A DNA stretch of 64,000 nucleotides from Candidatus Latescibacterota bacterium (GTDB lineage: Bacteria > Latescibacterota > UBA2968 > UBA8231). The notes beneath the pieces are model-generated. The model ran no database searches. It had not been told where the DNA came from and was given only the letters and a program-made list of their open reading frames with translations. Where the stretch lies: NCBI GenBank assembly GCA_965204725.1, contig OZ242005.1, forward strand, positions 4,128,001 through 4,192,000, read 5' to 3'. This document shows, piece by piece, positions 1-9,954 of this stretch. Both the position numbers and the translations under genes were made by a program. Within the stretch, counting starts at the first letter, position 1; every line of letters starts with the position of its first letter.

Positions 1-1
1 C

Positions 2-415
2 TTGTCTGAAAAGCTAAACCATGCAGTGATGCTTCCCGATACAGAGCGTGGGGAGGCCATCAGGCAGATTGTTGAGGAACTTCGCGGGAACGCCGTTGAA
101 GAAATAAAGGCGTCCGCTCTCCGTTTCGATGCCAGACCGTTGATGGGTGATGATGCCCCGATGTGGGAGGAAATCTACAACGAGGATACCCCCGTAGATG
201 TCTGGCTAAACCGCGCGGCGTGGCGGCTAGAGCCTTTCCCTCCATATCCCTACGGCACAATCTGGCTCCTCAAAGACGCTTCGTCGGACAAAATTTACGA
301 CGATATAGGAGCTGCTTGGGCGAAACAACGAGGAATAGCGAAGGATAATCGTCCCCTTAGTGAAGTGGGTATTAGGGGCGGTATGAACTTTGAAGTGATT
401 GAGAAACGGGCGTGA
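2..415 (+). CDS. Hypothetical protein, probably 5'-truncated by the window edge
   Basis: Open frame from the window start to TGA at 415; no recognisable motif. Confidence 0.5.
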   Translation: MSEKLNHAVMLPDTERGEAIRQIVEELRGNAVEEIKASALRFDARPLMGDDAPMWEEIYNEDTPVDVWLNRAAWRLEPFPPYPYGTIWLLKDASSDKIYDDIGAAWAKQRGIAKDNRPLSEVGIRGGMNFEVIEKRA

Positions 416-521
416 CGATCAGTGCCGCCTCGGTTGACCAAGCAGGCGGTAATCTTGTTAATTCCCTGCCCTGCTGGCACTACAGCACAACGGTCGTCAA
501 AACCAACCAAACGGGGGCAAC

Positions 522-2462
522 ATGGACCTAGACGCACTGCTGAGCGATGTGGACCTAGACGAAATGCTGCGCCTCTACGACGAGGCGGCTGAAGAGCTGA
601 TGCAAGTCGCCATCAGCGACGGGCACTTTGCCGACCGCGATCCAAGCGAGATCATCTGGCCGGTGGGCGGCGACCTCGACGCGCTCACGCGCCGCGCCGA
701 CCTGATCGGCACCATTCACGAGGGCATCCCCCCGCTCCGCGACAAGCGCCTGCAAGAGGCGTACGACCACTACGAGCGCGTCGGCCCCGCCTATCACCAA
801 GCGAACCGTCTCTACCTAGCAACGCGCGAGCTCTTCGTCGAGCGCGGGCGCGGCGACGCACTCGATTTCCACGCGCTCTACCAATCGGTCTATCTACACG
901 CCCTAGGCCGCGACAACCCCTACACCCTTGACGAAGGAGAAGCCGCCCTCGTCAAGCTGCGGGTCGCCCGCGTACCGCTGTCTCACGCCCACGCCGTCGC
1001 CGAAAAGCTGCAAGCCGGTGCTGAGCAAAAAGAGCCTGCGGCCGACTCGGCCGACGATCCGCGCTTGGCCGAGCATTATGCCTGCGAGATCAACGGGGAT
1101 CACCACGCCGGGACGTTGCGCGACCTGCTCAGCGAGGTTGCCGAGCGCGTCGTCGATTACCTCGCCGCTGGCGAGCACCTCGCCATCCGCTTCAACGCCT
1201 ATAGCAACTTTATCTATCTCGGGATATCGGTGTGGAAGGCCATCACGGACGCCGATTTGCTCTTGGCCCGCCTTGAGGGGCGGGTGCGCCCCCAATGGCA
1301 TCAAAAGCTGTGCAAGTTGGTCCTGCTCGGTAAGGGCATGTTACTCAAGTTCCTCCAAGCCCACTCCGAAGACCCCGCCCAAATCAAGCCGCGGGAATTT
1401 TGGTACGGCCAAGAGTATAGCTACCTGACCCGCGACATGATTGACCTGACGCGCCGCTTAGTCGGCTACGTCAACCGACTAGCGGGCCGAGTGCCGGGGG
1501 AAGTCGATCCGGTGGTCCTGCCCCCACTGCTCAATAGCAAGGCCAAAGGGCGCTTTCTCGAATACCAGCACGTCGGGCGACGCCAGACCCTCGGCCCATG
1601 GCGTCGCCGAGCGCGCCTGTTGCGGTGGGCTTTGCTCTATTACCGCACCGGGCGCAAAAAAATGAGCCTCTTAGCGGAGCAGCTCCCAGAAGCGGACCGC
1701 CTCAAAGCGGCCAGCGCACAAAGCGGCGAATGGGGGCGGAAGTCGCTGGACATTTTCGACATTGAACTGACCATCAGTGCCGATCCGCTCTTCGCCGCTA
1801 CCGCCCGCGACCTCGACCTCGCCAATAAGCAGGCGAAGGTTCTTTTTCTTCCCACTCACCGCAGCCTCTTTGACCATCCGGTGATGAGCAGCCTGCTCCA
1901 CGACCCCCGCTTTCTCGAGCTGATGGGCTGGCGCGAACCTCCCACGCCTGTGATTCTCGCCCGCGCCCGCCTCACCGCACCCGCAACCCTGCGCATTGGT
2001 GGCCGCTCTTTTTCCCTGATTGGCTTTACCACTGAGGAAGTAGATACCATGATGGAGGCCGTTGACGGGCACGTCATTATGACCCGCTCGGCCGACACGA
2101 GCAACCCCACGCGCCGCTTTGCCAAACTCCTCGCAGAGCGGCCGGGCATCGTCTATGGCGAGGGCACCACCGCCGCCTTTGAGCATCAGTGCCTACCCAT
2201 GCAGCACGCGCTCTTTGCGTACCTACCGCCCGACGTGATCATCGTGCCGCTGGCTTTGCGCGGCATCCACTCGCTGTGGCCCAAGTGCCCTCGCGGCAAC
2301 CTCGACATCGGCAGCGGCCGGGTCGAAGTGGTGGTCTGCCCACCAATGCTCGGCGAAACCACGCTCCTGCCGCGCAAGCGCGCCCTGCGGACGCAGCTAG
2401 AGCCGGCTACGCTCTTTCAAGCCGTACACATCGCACGGCTTTTTAATCCAGAGCCGGGCTAG
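522..2462 (+). CDS. PlsC-type (lysophospholipid) acyltransferase domain protein with a long N-terminal helical region
   Basis: C-terminal HxxxxD motif (THRSLFDH), EGT motif (YGEGTT) and IVPLAL block; about 430 aa of unassigned N-terminus. Confidence 0.7.
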   Translation: MDLDALLSDVDLDEMLRLYDEAAEELMQVAISDGHFADRDPSEIIWPVGGDLDALTRRADLIGTIHEGIPPLRDKRLQEAYDHYERVGPAYHQANRLYLATRELFVERGRGDALDFHALYQSVYLHALGRDNPYTLDEGEAALVKLRVARVPLSHAHAVAEKLQAGAEQKEPAADSADDPRLAEHYACEINGDHHAGTLRDLLSEVAERVVDYLAAGEHLAIRFNAYSNFIYLGISVWKAITDADLLLARLEGRVRPQWHQKLCKLVLLGKGMLLKFLQAHSEDPAQIKPREFWYGQEYSYLTRDMIDLTRRLVGYVNRLAGRVPGEVDPVVLPPLLNSKAKGRFLEYQHVGRRQTLGPWRRRARLLRWALLYYRTGRKKMSLLAEQLPEADRLKAASAQSGEWGRKSLDIFDIELTISADPLFAATARDLDLANKQAKVLFLPTHRSLFDHPVMSSLLHDPRFLELMGWREPPTPVILARARLTAPATLRIGGRSFSLIGFTTEEVDTMMEAVDGHVIMTRSADTSNPTRRFAKLLAERPGIVYGEGTTAAFEHQCLPMQHALFAYLPPDVIIVPLALRGIHSLWPKCPRGNLDIGSGRVEVVVCPPMLGETTLLPRKRALRTQLEPATLFQAVHIARLFNPEPG

Positions 2463-2480
2463 GATGAGAACAAGGAAATC

Positions 2481-2660
2481 GTGCCGTGCTCCGAACCAAC
2501 GCTCGCCTTTTGGTGGATTGGGACCCACCAGCAGCAGGGCCGGGCGTGTCTGACGATCACTCAACTGCCCCGCCTGACGGTCTTGGACCCGCGCTCCCTC
2601 AGCCAAGAGCAGCTAGCCCAAGCCGAGGCGATATTTGAGCGATTCAACTATAGCAAATAC
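2481..2660 (+). pseudogene. Remnant resembling the C-terminal region of a type IIG R-M / N6 DNA methylase
   Basis: Peptide AFWWIGTHQQQGRACLTITQLPRLTVLDPRSLSQEQLAQAEAIFERF recalled as typical of such C-termini; ends at the switch to AT-rich DNA. Confidence 0.4.
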
Positions 2661-2683
2661 CAAAAGCCGAAAGGAATCAGGCG

Positions 2684-4045
2684 ATGCAATCTGCCAAATT
2701 TGTTTTCAAAAAAATCGGCCCGATAAAAGAGGCTGAACTGGAATTAGGCGACATCACGATCATTGCCGGGCGCAATAATACCGGCAAGACGTATCTGGCG
2801 TACACGCTCTACGGCTTTCTGAAACAGTGGAATTGGAAAATGTGGAATATGTCGTCGGAAATAAAAAAAATAATCGAAGAATTGATAGAGAAGGGTCGCT
2901 TCAAGCGCACCGTAGATAGAGAAACGCTCGGTCAAGAGCGAAAAAAAATAATCCGCGGCTTGACCCGTTCCTTCTCGCAAGAAAAGTTGGCCGGTGCGTT
3001 CAGTTCGCCAAGCAGTACTTTCCCGGGATCTTCTATTGAAGTCGAACTTCCCGGTGAATTTCCCAAAGACGTACAGACTGACATCTCTCTCCAAACGGAT
3101 GGCTTCCTTTCAATCCAATACGATGGAACTGATATTATCATAACAAGAAAAAACATAAAGTGGTCTTATCACATTTCTGAGTTACTCTCGTATCATTACT
3201 GCCAGTTTCTGTTTCCAGAACTGCCTTTTGATCCATTCATTCTTTCCGCCGAACGCTTTGGTATTTCGCTTTTCTACAGAGAACTCGATTTTAACAAGAA
3301 CCAATTGGTAGATTATTTGCAGAAAATGGGCGACGATAAAGATAGAGGTGGCATTTCTCCATATATCCTCATAGACAAAACGACCAGCCGCTACGCGCTT
3401 CCCATAAAAGACAACATTGACTACACCAGAGACATACCCATTCTGAAAGGAGATAGAAGCGAGCTTTACGACGACAAATTGTTTGATCAAATCAAGGACA
3501 TGATGGAGGGCTATTATAGCAGTTCCAGCGACGGTATCGCATTTATCTCCAAGCGCAAAGGACGCAGCTTTAATCTACCGTTGCACATCGCGTCCTCCTC
3601 AGCACGTGGACTGTCCGACTTGTATTTCTACCTGCGTCACGCAGCAAAAGAAAATCAACTCGTCATCATCGACGAGCCAGAGAGCCATCTCGATACGGCC
3701 AACCAAATACTACTGGCGAGATTGTTGGCGCGGATGATACAGTCTAACCTGAAGGTTCTGATAACCACCCACAGCGACTACATCATCAAGGAAATCAACA
3801 ATCTCATTATGCTCAGTAGGCCATTTAAGGAAAAAAAGAAGGTCATTCAGGATCTGGGGTACAAAAAAGACGATGTTATCAGACCAGATTCAGTCCGGGC
3901 GTATGTCGCAGAGGGGGACAGCTTGACCAAGTGTGGAATTGATGAATTTGGTATCGACATGCCCGTCTTTGACAAAACTATTGATAAAATCAATCGGACT
4001 TCAAATGAACTTGCCTCGCGTCTCATAGAAGAAAGAGATGCGTAA
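2684..4045 (+). CDS. ABC/AAA_15-AAA_21-type ATPase (putative defence ATPase)
   Basis: N-terminal IGPIKEAELEL, Walker A GRNNTGKT, signature-like ASSSARG, Walker B IIDEPESHL, H-loop ITTHS; AT-richer than flanks. Confidence 0.85.
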   Translation: MQSAKFVFKKIGPIKEAELELGDITIIAGRNNTGKTYLAYTLYGFLKQWNWKMWNMSSEIKKIIEELIEKGRFKRTVDRETLGQERKKIIRGLTRSFSQEKLAGAFSSPSSTFPGSSIEVELPGEFPKDVQTDISLQTDGFLSIQYDGTDIIITRKNIKWSYHISELLSYHYCQFLFPELPFDPFILSAERFGISLFYRELDFNKNQLVDYLQKMGDDKDRGGISPYILIDKTTSRYALPIKDNIDYTRDIPILKGDRSELYDDKLFDQIKDMMEGYYSSSSDGIAFISKRKGRSFNLPLHIASSSARGLSDLYFYLRHAAKENQLVIIDEPESHLDTANQILLARLLARMIQSNLKVLITTHSDYIIKEINNLIMLSRPFKEKKKVIQDLGYKKDDVIRPDSVRAYVAEGDSLTKCGIDEFGIDMPVFDKTIDKINRTSNELASRLIEERDA

Positions 4046-4610
4046 AATGGCGATAAATTCGGTATTGGAAAGAGTTCTGCAAGAAGATGTTGTGGAGACA
4101 TCAAGTAAGGATAAAACCATCACCCTTCAGGAAAGGAATGAGAATGTCGATATGGAAGTGGAAATAGTTACACAGTCCGCGTCCGTCATCGCGATACGAA
4201 TGAGTGCTAGGAGTCACTTATCAACTATGCAAGATGGTCCGTGGAAGCAGGTATGTGACTACCTGTTAGTCGTTGAATCAGCCAATGAAATTCACGCCGT
4301 TTTCATTGAACTGAAGAGAACTCTTACAAAAGAGGAAAAGCCAAGAGAACAACTACGGCGATCCCCACCATTTTTGGAGTATCTTCTTTCCGTCTGCAAA
4401 ATTGAGAATAATAGCATTAAAACAACGCGAATAAACACCAACTATTTCATTATAGGGGAAAAATTGAACGAAAATATCGACAAGGAGTCGGTGAGAATCA
4501 ATCCTAATAGAATGATTGAAAAGGAGCAGTACAAGGAGATCGAAATTGCGACATCGACCAAGAAAAGGTTCACGCTTAGTGAATTGACAAACCCAAATGA
4601 GGTAGCATGA
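4038..4610 (+). CDS. Hypothetical protein, putative PD-(D/E)xK-like nuclease partner of the ATPase (alternative start 4047)
   Basis: Overlaps the ATPase stop; CDYLLV...FIELKR...EQL pattern resembles a D...ExK active site. Confidence 0.6.
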   Translation: MRKMAINSVLERVLQEDVVETSSKDKTITLQERNENVDMEVEIVTQSASVIAIRMSARSHLSTMQDGPWKQVCDYLLVVESANEIHAVFIELKRTLTKEEKPREQLRRSPPFLEYLLSVCKIENNSIKTTRINTNYFIIGEKLNENIDKESVRINPNRMIEKEQYKEIEIATSTKKRFTLSELTNPNEVA

Positions 4611-4807
4611 TGAAAACTGTACCAGACCCGGGATTAGAGCTTACCTCTCCTAGTGGCACGGCAGCTTCAGGGTATCACCTGTCGGAGTCGTTGGATTGGT
4701 CGAGCCTGTCAACGCAGATGAAAAACCGAGTAGTTCTCGTTCCCGTCCATACGCAAACACTGACGATCCTCGAATGTATTCACCCGTTGAGCGCAGGGAC
4801 TAACGGG

Positions 4808-7800
4808 CTAAAAGAGCGATAGCTGTTCAGTCCCGCGTCGGCGCGGCATGGCCACCTCCTCGCGCACGAGCAACCGAGCGGGAATCTCATCTACAAACGG
4901 CGATAGCGCCCCTTGCACCCGCTCGCCATAACGCTGGCGGCTGCGCGCCCGCAGTAAAATCAACTCCTCCTCCGCTCGCGTCATGCCCACGTAAAAGAGC
5001 CGCCGCTCCTCGGCGAGGTCGGCGTCCCGCTCGCGGAAGGGGACGAGTCCGTCCTCCACCCCGCAGACAAATACCACTGGAAACTCCAAGCCCTTGGCCG
5101 CATGCAAGGTCATCAGCGCGACGGCCTCCGGGCCTTGGGGGCCGCCCCGCTCCTCGTAGTCGGCCTCCGCGCCTAGGAGCACGGTCTCCAAAAGCTGCGC
5201 GAGCGTGCCGGCCGCGTCCGCTACGCGGGCCAAGTGCTCCAAGTCCTCGTCCTCCGGGTCGCCAAACTCGGCCTGCCAGCGGCGCACCCAAGCACCCGCC
5301 CCCTCCTGAGCGGCCCATTGCCTGTACTCTGCTACCCGCGCCTCTAGTGCCTCAACCCGGCTTTGTGCCGCAGACGACAGCTCGCCTCGCCGCACTTGGC
5401 GCAAAATGTGCGGCTCCGCGCCCATGGCCTCTAGTGCCTGCCAGCGACGCACATCCTCTTGCGAGATCGAGGCGTAGCGGGCAAACGCCAAAGCGTCCCG
5501 CACCGACGGTGCTTGGAGAAAGCCCTTCTGCCCGACGAGCCGGTAGGGCAGGCCCTCCTTGTGGAAGCACTCTTCGAGCACTTGGCCCTGTCGGCCAGTG
5601 CGGAAGAGCACGGCAAAGTCGGCGAAGCTGCGGGTGCCCTCTTCGCCGGCATCGGCCTGTACCATATCGATGCCGCCGACCATGCGGGCAATCTCTCGCA
5701 CTACCGCAATGCCCTCGGCCATCTCGCTCGGCACCTCAATTAGGCGGATCCGCTCCTTTGCTGGGCGCATGGCTGCGAGTTCAATGGCCTCGCGCCCCGG
5801 ATTGTGGCCGACGACGGCAGCCGCAGCCTCGACAATATGTCCCTGTGAGCGGTAATTCGCGCCTAAATGGAATAGCTGCATACCCGAGAAGTGGTCGCGC
5901 AAACGGGCGAAGTACGCGGGCGAAGCTCCGCGAAAGCTGTAAATTGCTTGATCTGGGTCGCCGATGGCCATCAGGCCCGCACCTGCACCCGCCAACTGGA
6001 GGACCAAGCTATACTGCGCGGCGTTGAGGTCTTGGAACTCGTCTATCAGCAGATAGGGAAAACGCACCCGCACCTGTTCCCGCATAGCTGCGTCTGCTTC
6101 TAAGAGACGCAGCAAATCCAAGAGGATGTCGTCGTAGTCGCAGGCTCCAGACGCATGGAGGACGGCCTGATAGGCGCTGTAGTGCGGTCGCCACGCTTCG
6201 GCCACCTCATCCGGCCCCTGCGCCGCGGCCTTGGCCAGCGAGATGGCTTGACTAACAGCGGCGACCGAGCCCGGCAAATCGGCATCGGCCAGTGCCCCTT
6301 CGAGCAACCGACGCGCTTCCACCTCGTCGAGCACCAGCTTTGGCTCGCAGCCTAGCTGGCGCAAGAGCGACAACGCCAAGCGGTGGAAGGTCCCCACCTG
6401 CATCGCGCCCAGCCCGGACTCACCGCCCAACAATGCGCTCAGCCGCTGCCGCATCTGTCCAGCCGCTCGCCGGGTAAAGGTAATGGCCATGATCTGCCCC
6501 GGGTCCACGCCGCTTGCGACCAGCCGCGCAATGCGTCGCGTCAACACCCGGGTCTTGCCCGACCCTGGGCCAGCTACGACCACTAAAGGCCCGCCGCCGG
6601 CCTCTTCGATTTGCCGCTGGGCCGCGTCGGGCGCGTCCGTGGTCGGTGCCGCTTGTGAGGTGCTATCGGGCTTTGGCCGCGGCACCGGCACCCCGGCCTC
6701 AGCCGCCTTCGCATCCGCCGACCCCAAGTCGAACAACGCCCCCTGCCCTTGTAAGCGCGCCCGCTCCTCCTCGCTGAACACGCTGATTACGCCATACTCC
6801 CCATCGTGGCCGGGATAGATTTCGACTTCGCCGCAACGCATCCGGCGCACCCCCTCGGCCACCAGCGGCCCGCCGCAGCTTTCAATCGCTTGGAGTCCGG
6901 CGCGGCGCAAGACTTCGAGTTCCGGGCCGATCTCGGCCAAGAGGCGGTCGTACACAGCACGGACTTTTTTAGTCTTTGGTCCAGCACCAATCGCAGCGCC
7001 GATTACTTCGTCAAGCGGGATCAAGTACTCGTAGGATGGAGCGACGTCCGGGCGGAACCCCTCCGGGCGGTCGGCCAGCAGCTCCACCCGATGCAAAACC
7101 CCCACCGTCAGCTTGCGCCCGCACACCGGGCAGATTCCCTCAGCGGCTAGCGTTTGCGCTGGCTTGTAGCACACCGCGCACTTGCGGTGCCCGTCGTAGT
7201 GGTATTTGCCTTCTTCGGGATAGAACTCCAAGGTGCCCAAAAAGCGCGCTGGATCGCGGTCTTTGAGTGCAGCGTAGATGCCCGGATACGAGCACTCCGT
7301 ATCAAAGCACGTGGCTTCGCGGGCCAGTTTTTGCGGCGAGTGCGCGTCGGAATTGGATATGATCGCATAGCGGTCGAGGGCCGACAGTCGCCAGTTCATC
7401 GGCGGGTCCGACGACAGGCCGGTCTCGACCGCGAAGATGTGCGGCAGCAGATCCTCGTAGCACTCCTCCAACGAGTCAAAGCCCGAAGAGGCTCCCAAGG
7501 CGGCAAAGTGCGGCGTCCATATATGGGCCGGGACGAAGAGCACGTTTTCGTCGGCTTCGAGGCAGATCTCTAAAAGGTCGCGGCTGTCCAGCCCCAAGAT
7601 GGGCCGACCGTCGGACTGCAAGTTGCCAATGGCGCCGAGGCGGCGGTTGAGCCGGGCTACGGATTCGAGGGAAGGCAGGATGACGACGTGATGGATCTTG
7701 CGGGTCTTGTCGCCCTTCTTGTAGATGGTGCTGATTTCCACCGAGAGCATGAAGCGCACGGCGCGGCGGCAGTGCTCGGGCAGTTCTTGTTCCACGGCGG

Positions 7801-8014
7801 CGCGGCGGCCGGGTTCGAGTTGGTACAGCCCTTCTTCGGCCGGTTCAAGTTGGTCCGACAGTTCGGCAAACCACGCTGGATGCGTGTAATCGCCGGTGCC
7901 GACGACGTCAACGCCCTTGAGTGCCGACCACTTGTGCAAATTGGAGGGGTTGAGTGCGCGACTGGTCGCTCGCGCAAAACGCGAGTGCAGGTGTACGTCG
8001 ATTATGAACTGCAT
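4808..8014 (-). CDS. Endonuclease Q-like PHP domain fused to a UvrD/REP helicase
   Basis: N-terminal DVHLHS, PAHIWTP, SNSDAHS and CxxC...CPVC zinc motifs; helicase motifs AGPGSGKT, IDEFQD, GDPDQAIYSFRGA, TLHAAKGLEF, EERRLFYVGMTRA. Confidence 0.9.
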   Translation of the reverse strand: MQFIIDVHLHSRFARATSRALNPSNLHKWSALKGVDVVGTGDYTHPAWFAELSDQLEPAEEGLYQLEPGRRAAVEQELPEHCRRAVRFMLSVEISTIYKKGDKTRKIHHVVILPSLESVARLNRRLGAIGNLQSDGRPILGLDSRDLLEICLEADENVLFVPAHIWTPHFAALGASSGFDSLEECYEDLLPHIFAVETGLSSDPPMNWRLSALDRYAIISNSDAHSPQKLAREATCFDTECSYPGIYAALKDRDPARFLGTLEFYPEEGKYHYDGHRKCAVCYKPAQTLAAEGICPVCGRKLTVGVLHRVELLADRPEGFRPDVAPSYEYLIPLDEVIGAAIGAGPKTKKVRAVYDRLLAEIGPELEVLRRAGLQAIESCGGPLVAEGVRRMRCGEVEIYPGHDGEYGVISVFSEEERARLQGQGALFDLGSADAKAAEAGVPVPRPKPDSTSQAAPTTDAPDAAQRQIEEAGGGPLVVVAGPGSGKTRVLTRRIARLVASGVDPGQIMAITFTRRAAGQMRQRLSALLGGESGLGAMQVGTFHRLALSLLRQLGCEPKLVLDEVEARRLLEGALADADLPGSVAAVSQAISLAKAAAQGPDEVAEAWRPHYSAYQAVLHASGACDYDDILLDLLRLLEADAAMREQVRVRFPYLLIDEFQDLNAAQYSLVLQLAGAGAGLMAIGDPDQAIYSFRGASPAYFARLRDHFSGMQLFHLGANYRSQGHIVEAAAAVVGHNPGREAIELAAMRPAKERIRLIEVPSEMAEGIAVVREIARMVGGIDMVQADAGEEGTRSFADFAVLFRTGRQGQVLEECFHKEGLPYRLVGQKGFLQAPSVRDALAFARYASISQEDVRRWQALEAMGAEPHILRQVRRGELSSAAQSRVEALEARVAEYRQWAAQEGAGAWVRRWQAEFGDPEDEDLEHLARVADAAGTLAQLLETVLLGAEADYEERGGPQGPEAVALMTLHAAKGLEFPVVFVCGVEDGLVPFRERDADLAEERRLFYVGMTRAEEELILLRARSRQRYGERVQGALSPFVDEIPARLLVREEVAMPRRRGTEQLSLF

Positions 8015-8044
8015 ATTGGATCCCCGTTGACTTGTAGGGTTGCC

Positions 8045-8941
8045 CTAATCCCTCCCGACCCAGTTGGCGACCACAATGCCCAAAGCCACCAACCCCATGC
8101 TGGCCAGCAGGTAAGGCGATATGGCCTCGCCCAACAGCGCGGCACTCAACAGCACACCCACCACCGGCGTCACAAAGCTGAAGCCCCCTAATCGCCCCGG
8201 CGAGTGGTGCCGGAGCAGAAAGACTAGGATGATAAAGCACAGCCCGGCGACAGCGATGCCTTGGTAGAGTACGCCAGCGACGACCGGGCCGGTTAGGGCG
8301 TATTCGGCCTCGGATTCCAAGAGCGCGCTCCAAGCGGCGAACAACGGCAGACTCAGCACGGCCTGCCAGAACAATACTTGATAGGGGTTAAGCCCCTGCA
8401 CCAGCCGCTTGATCACCACCTGTCGCAAACCCAACAACAAGCCGCTGGCGGCCACCATCGCGTCGCCGAGCAGGTATTGGGTGTCGGCCAGTGCCAGCGA
8501 CTCCCAAAACAACAGCACCACGCCGACAAACGAAATGGCCAAGCCGAGCCACCGCCCCAAGCCCAAGCGGTCGCCGACGAGCAAGTGCGCGAAAAGTGCC
8601 GTGGAGAAGGGGTAGATATTGACCACCACCCCTGAGCGGCTGGCCGTGGTGTATTGAGTGCCGGCGTTCAAAAGCCATATTTGCAGCGCGAAAAGCAGTG
8701 CCAAGCCGCCCAGCCCCTTCCATTCGCTGGGGGGTGTACGCAGCCGAATACCAGCAAAAAGTGCCCCGACCCATACGGTCAGAGCACCTAGCGCGAAGCG
8801 CAAGCCAGCCATGGCCGCGGGCGGCACCCCGTCGAGTCCCATCTTGATCGCCACCGGATTGCCGCCCCACAGCACGGCGGTCACCAGGGCTAGGGCACCG
8901 GCCTGTAGCCCGACGGCCTCGTTGCGGATTTCAGCGGCCAA
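8045..8941 (-). CDS. DMT/EamA family transporter
   Basis: About 10 hydrophobic segments, LWGGN and RF motifs; likely TTG start at 8941 just after the upstream stop. Confidence 0.85.
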   Translation of the reverse strand: MAAEIRNEAVGLQAGALALVTAVLWGGNPVAIKMGLDGVPPAAMAGLRFALGALTVWVGALFAGIRLRTPPSEWKGLGGLALLFALQIWLLNAGTQYTTASRSGVVVNIYPFSTALFAHLLVGDRLGLGRWLGLAISFVGVVLLFWESLALADTQYLLGDAMVAASGLLLGLRQVVIKRLVQGLNPYQVLFWQAVLSLPLFAAWSALLESEAEYALTGPVVAGVLYQGIAVAGLCFIILVFLLRHHSPGRLGGFSFVTPVVGVLLSAALLGEAISPYLLASMGLVALGIVVANWVGRD

Positions 8942-8942
8942 T

Positions 8943-9587
8943 TTAGTCGATGATCTCGGCCTTGGTGATGTAATCGAGGTTGGGAAAGTTTTCTTCGAGA
9001 TAGGCATTGCCGTTCATGGCGATCTGCCCTTGGTTCGGCTGCTGGCCGTACTCGGCGTTGATCTGGTCAACCACCTCCATGCCTTCTACCACCTCACCAA
9101 AGGGCGCAAAGTTCTGGCCATCAAGTTGGCTGTTGTCTCCCAAGTTGATAAAGAGTTGGGTCGTGCGCGTATTGGGTCGGTTGGTTTTGGCGTACGTGAT
9201 TCGTCCGCGCGTATTGCCCTGCTTGACCGGGTCGTCGAGGATATTGGCTTGGCGCCAAGCCATGTTCAGCTTTGGATTGCCGCTCAAGCCCCACTGCACC
9301 ACAAAGCCGGGCACCACGCGGAAGAAACGCTGCTCGTCGTAGAAACCGTTGCGGACCAAGTGGTAGAAGCGGTCGGCACCGTGCGGTGACCAGTCGCGCA
9401 TCACTTGGATGACGACCGGGCCGGCACTGGTCTCCAAACGCACGGAGAATTCGTCGGGGGCCTGCTCGTTGAAGGCGTCGCTCGTAGGCTCCATTAAGAT
9501 CTCCTTGTTTGCTTCCCCGCCTTGACCGCCGGTTCCACAACCGAAAGCCCAGAGGGCGATGATGATTAGTAGTGCGCTCCGCTTCAT
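8943..9587 (-). CDS. Cyclophilin-type peptidyl-prolyl isomerase, lipoprotein
   Basis: FFRVVPGFVVQWG, TTQLFINL and FGEVVEGM motifs; lipobox-like AFGC. Confidence 0.9.
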   Translation of the reverse strand: MKRSALLIIIALWAFGCGTGGQGGEANKEILMEPTSDAFNEQAPDEFSVRLETSAGPVVIQVMRDWSPHGADRFYHLVRNGFYDEQRFFRVVPGFVVQWGLSGNPKLNMAWRQANILDDPVKQGNTRGRITYAKTNRPNTRTTQLFINLGDNSQLDGQNFAPFGEVVEGMEVVDQINAEYGQQPNQGQIAMNGNAYLEENFPNLDYITKAEIID

Positions 9588-9678
9588 TTTTGATGCCTCT
9601 TTGATGGGTGTATCTGCATGGTTGTTCCTCCGGTGGTGATGCCCCGACCAGCGCGAACCGGCCGAGGCGGATTAGTCG

Positions 9679-9900
9679 TTATCCGGGTAGCTTGCTCAGG
9701 ATGCTCAACAATAAGCTACCTATGGCTATCAGCGTTGTGATTTGGATGCCGATAACCCAACGCAACGTCACGCGCACATCGGCAACGGCGCGTTCAATGG
9801 CGTCCAGCCGGTAATTGAGTTGCTCGGCAATCCCTTCTAATCGTCCAATCCGCCGATCGTGGTCTTGAGCTTGGGTTAAGGGCTGGGGTTGCTCGGTCAT
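9679..9900 (-). CDS. Small coiled-coil protein with a C-terminal TM helix
   Basis: GAGGAG RBS; heptad-like RIGRLEGIAEQL...LDAIE followed by hydrophobic WVIGIQITTLIAIGSLLL. Confidence 0.65.
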   Translation of the reverse strand: MTEQPQPLTQAQDHDRRIGRLEGIAEQLNYRLDAIERAVADVRVTLRWVIGIQITTLIAIGSLLLSILSKLPG

Positions 9901-9954
9901 GGCGTTTCTCCTCGTTGGGGTGTGTTACCCGGCCAACCTGTTTGTTAATCTCCG

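Noticed and set aside
4607-4822. 71-aa ORF after the ATPase-nuclease pair as a third system gene
   Set aside because: It has an RBS-like GAGG and an overlapping start but no motif, and it runs into the convergent helicase; may be a remnant and cannot be supported.
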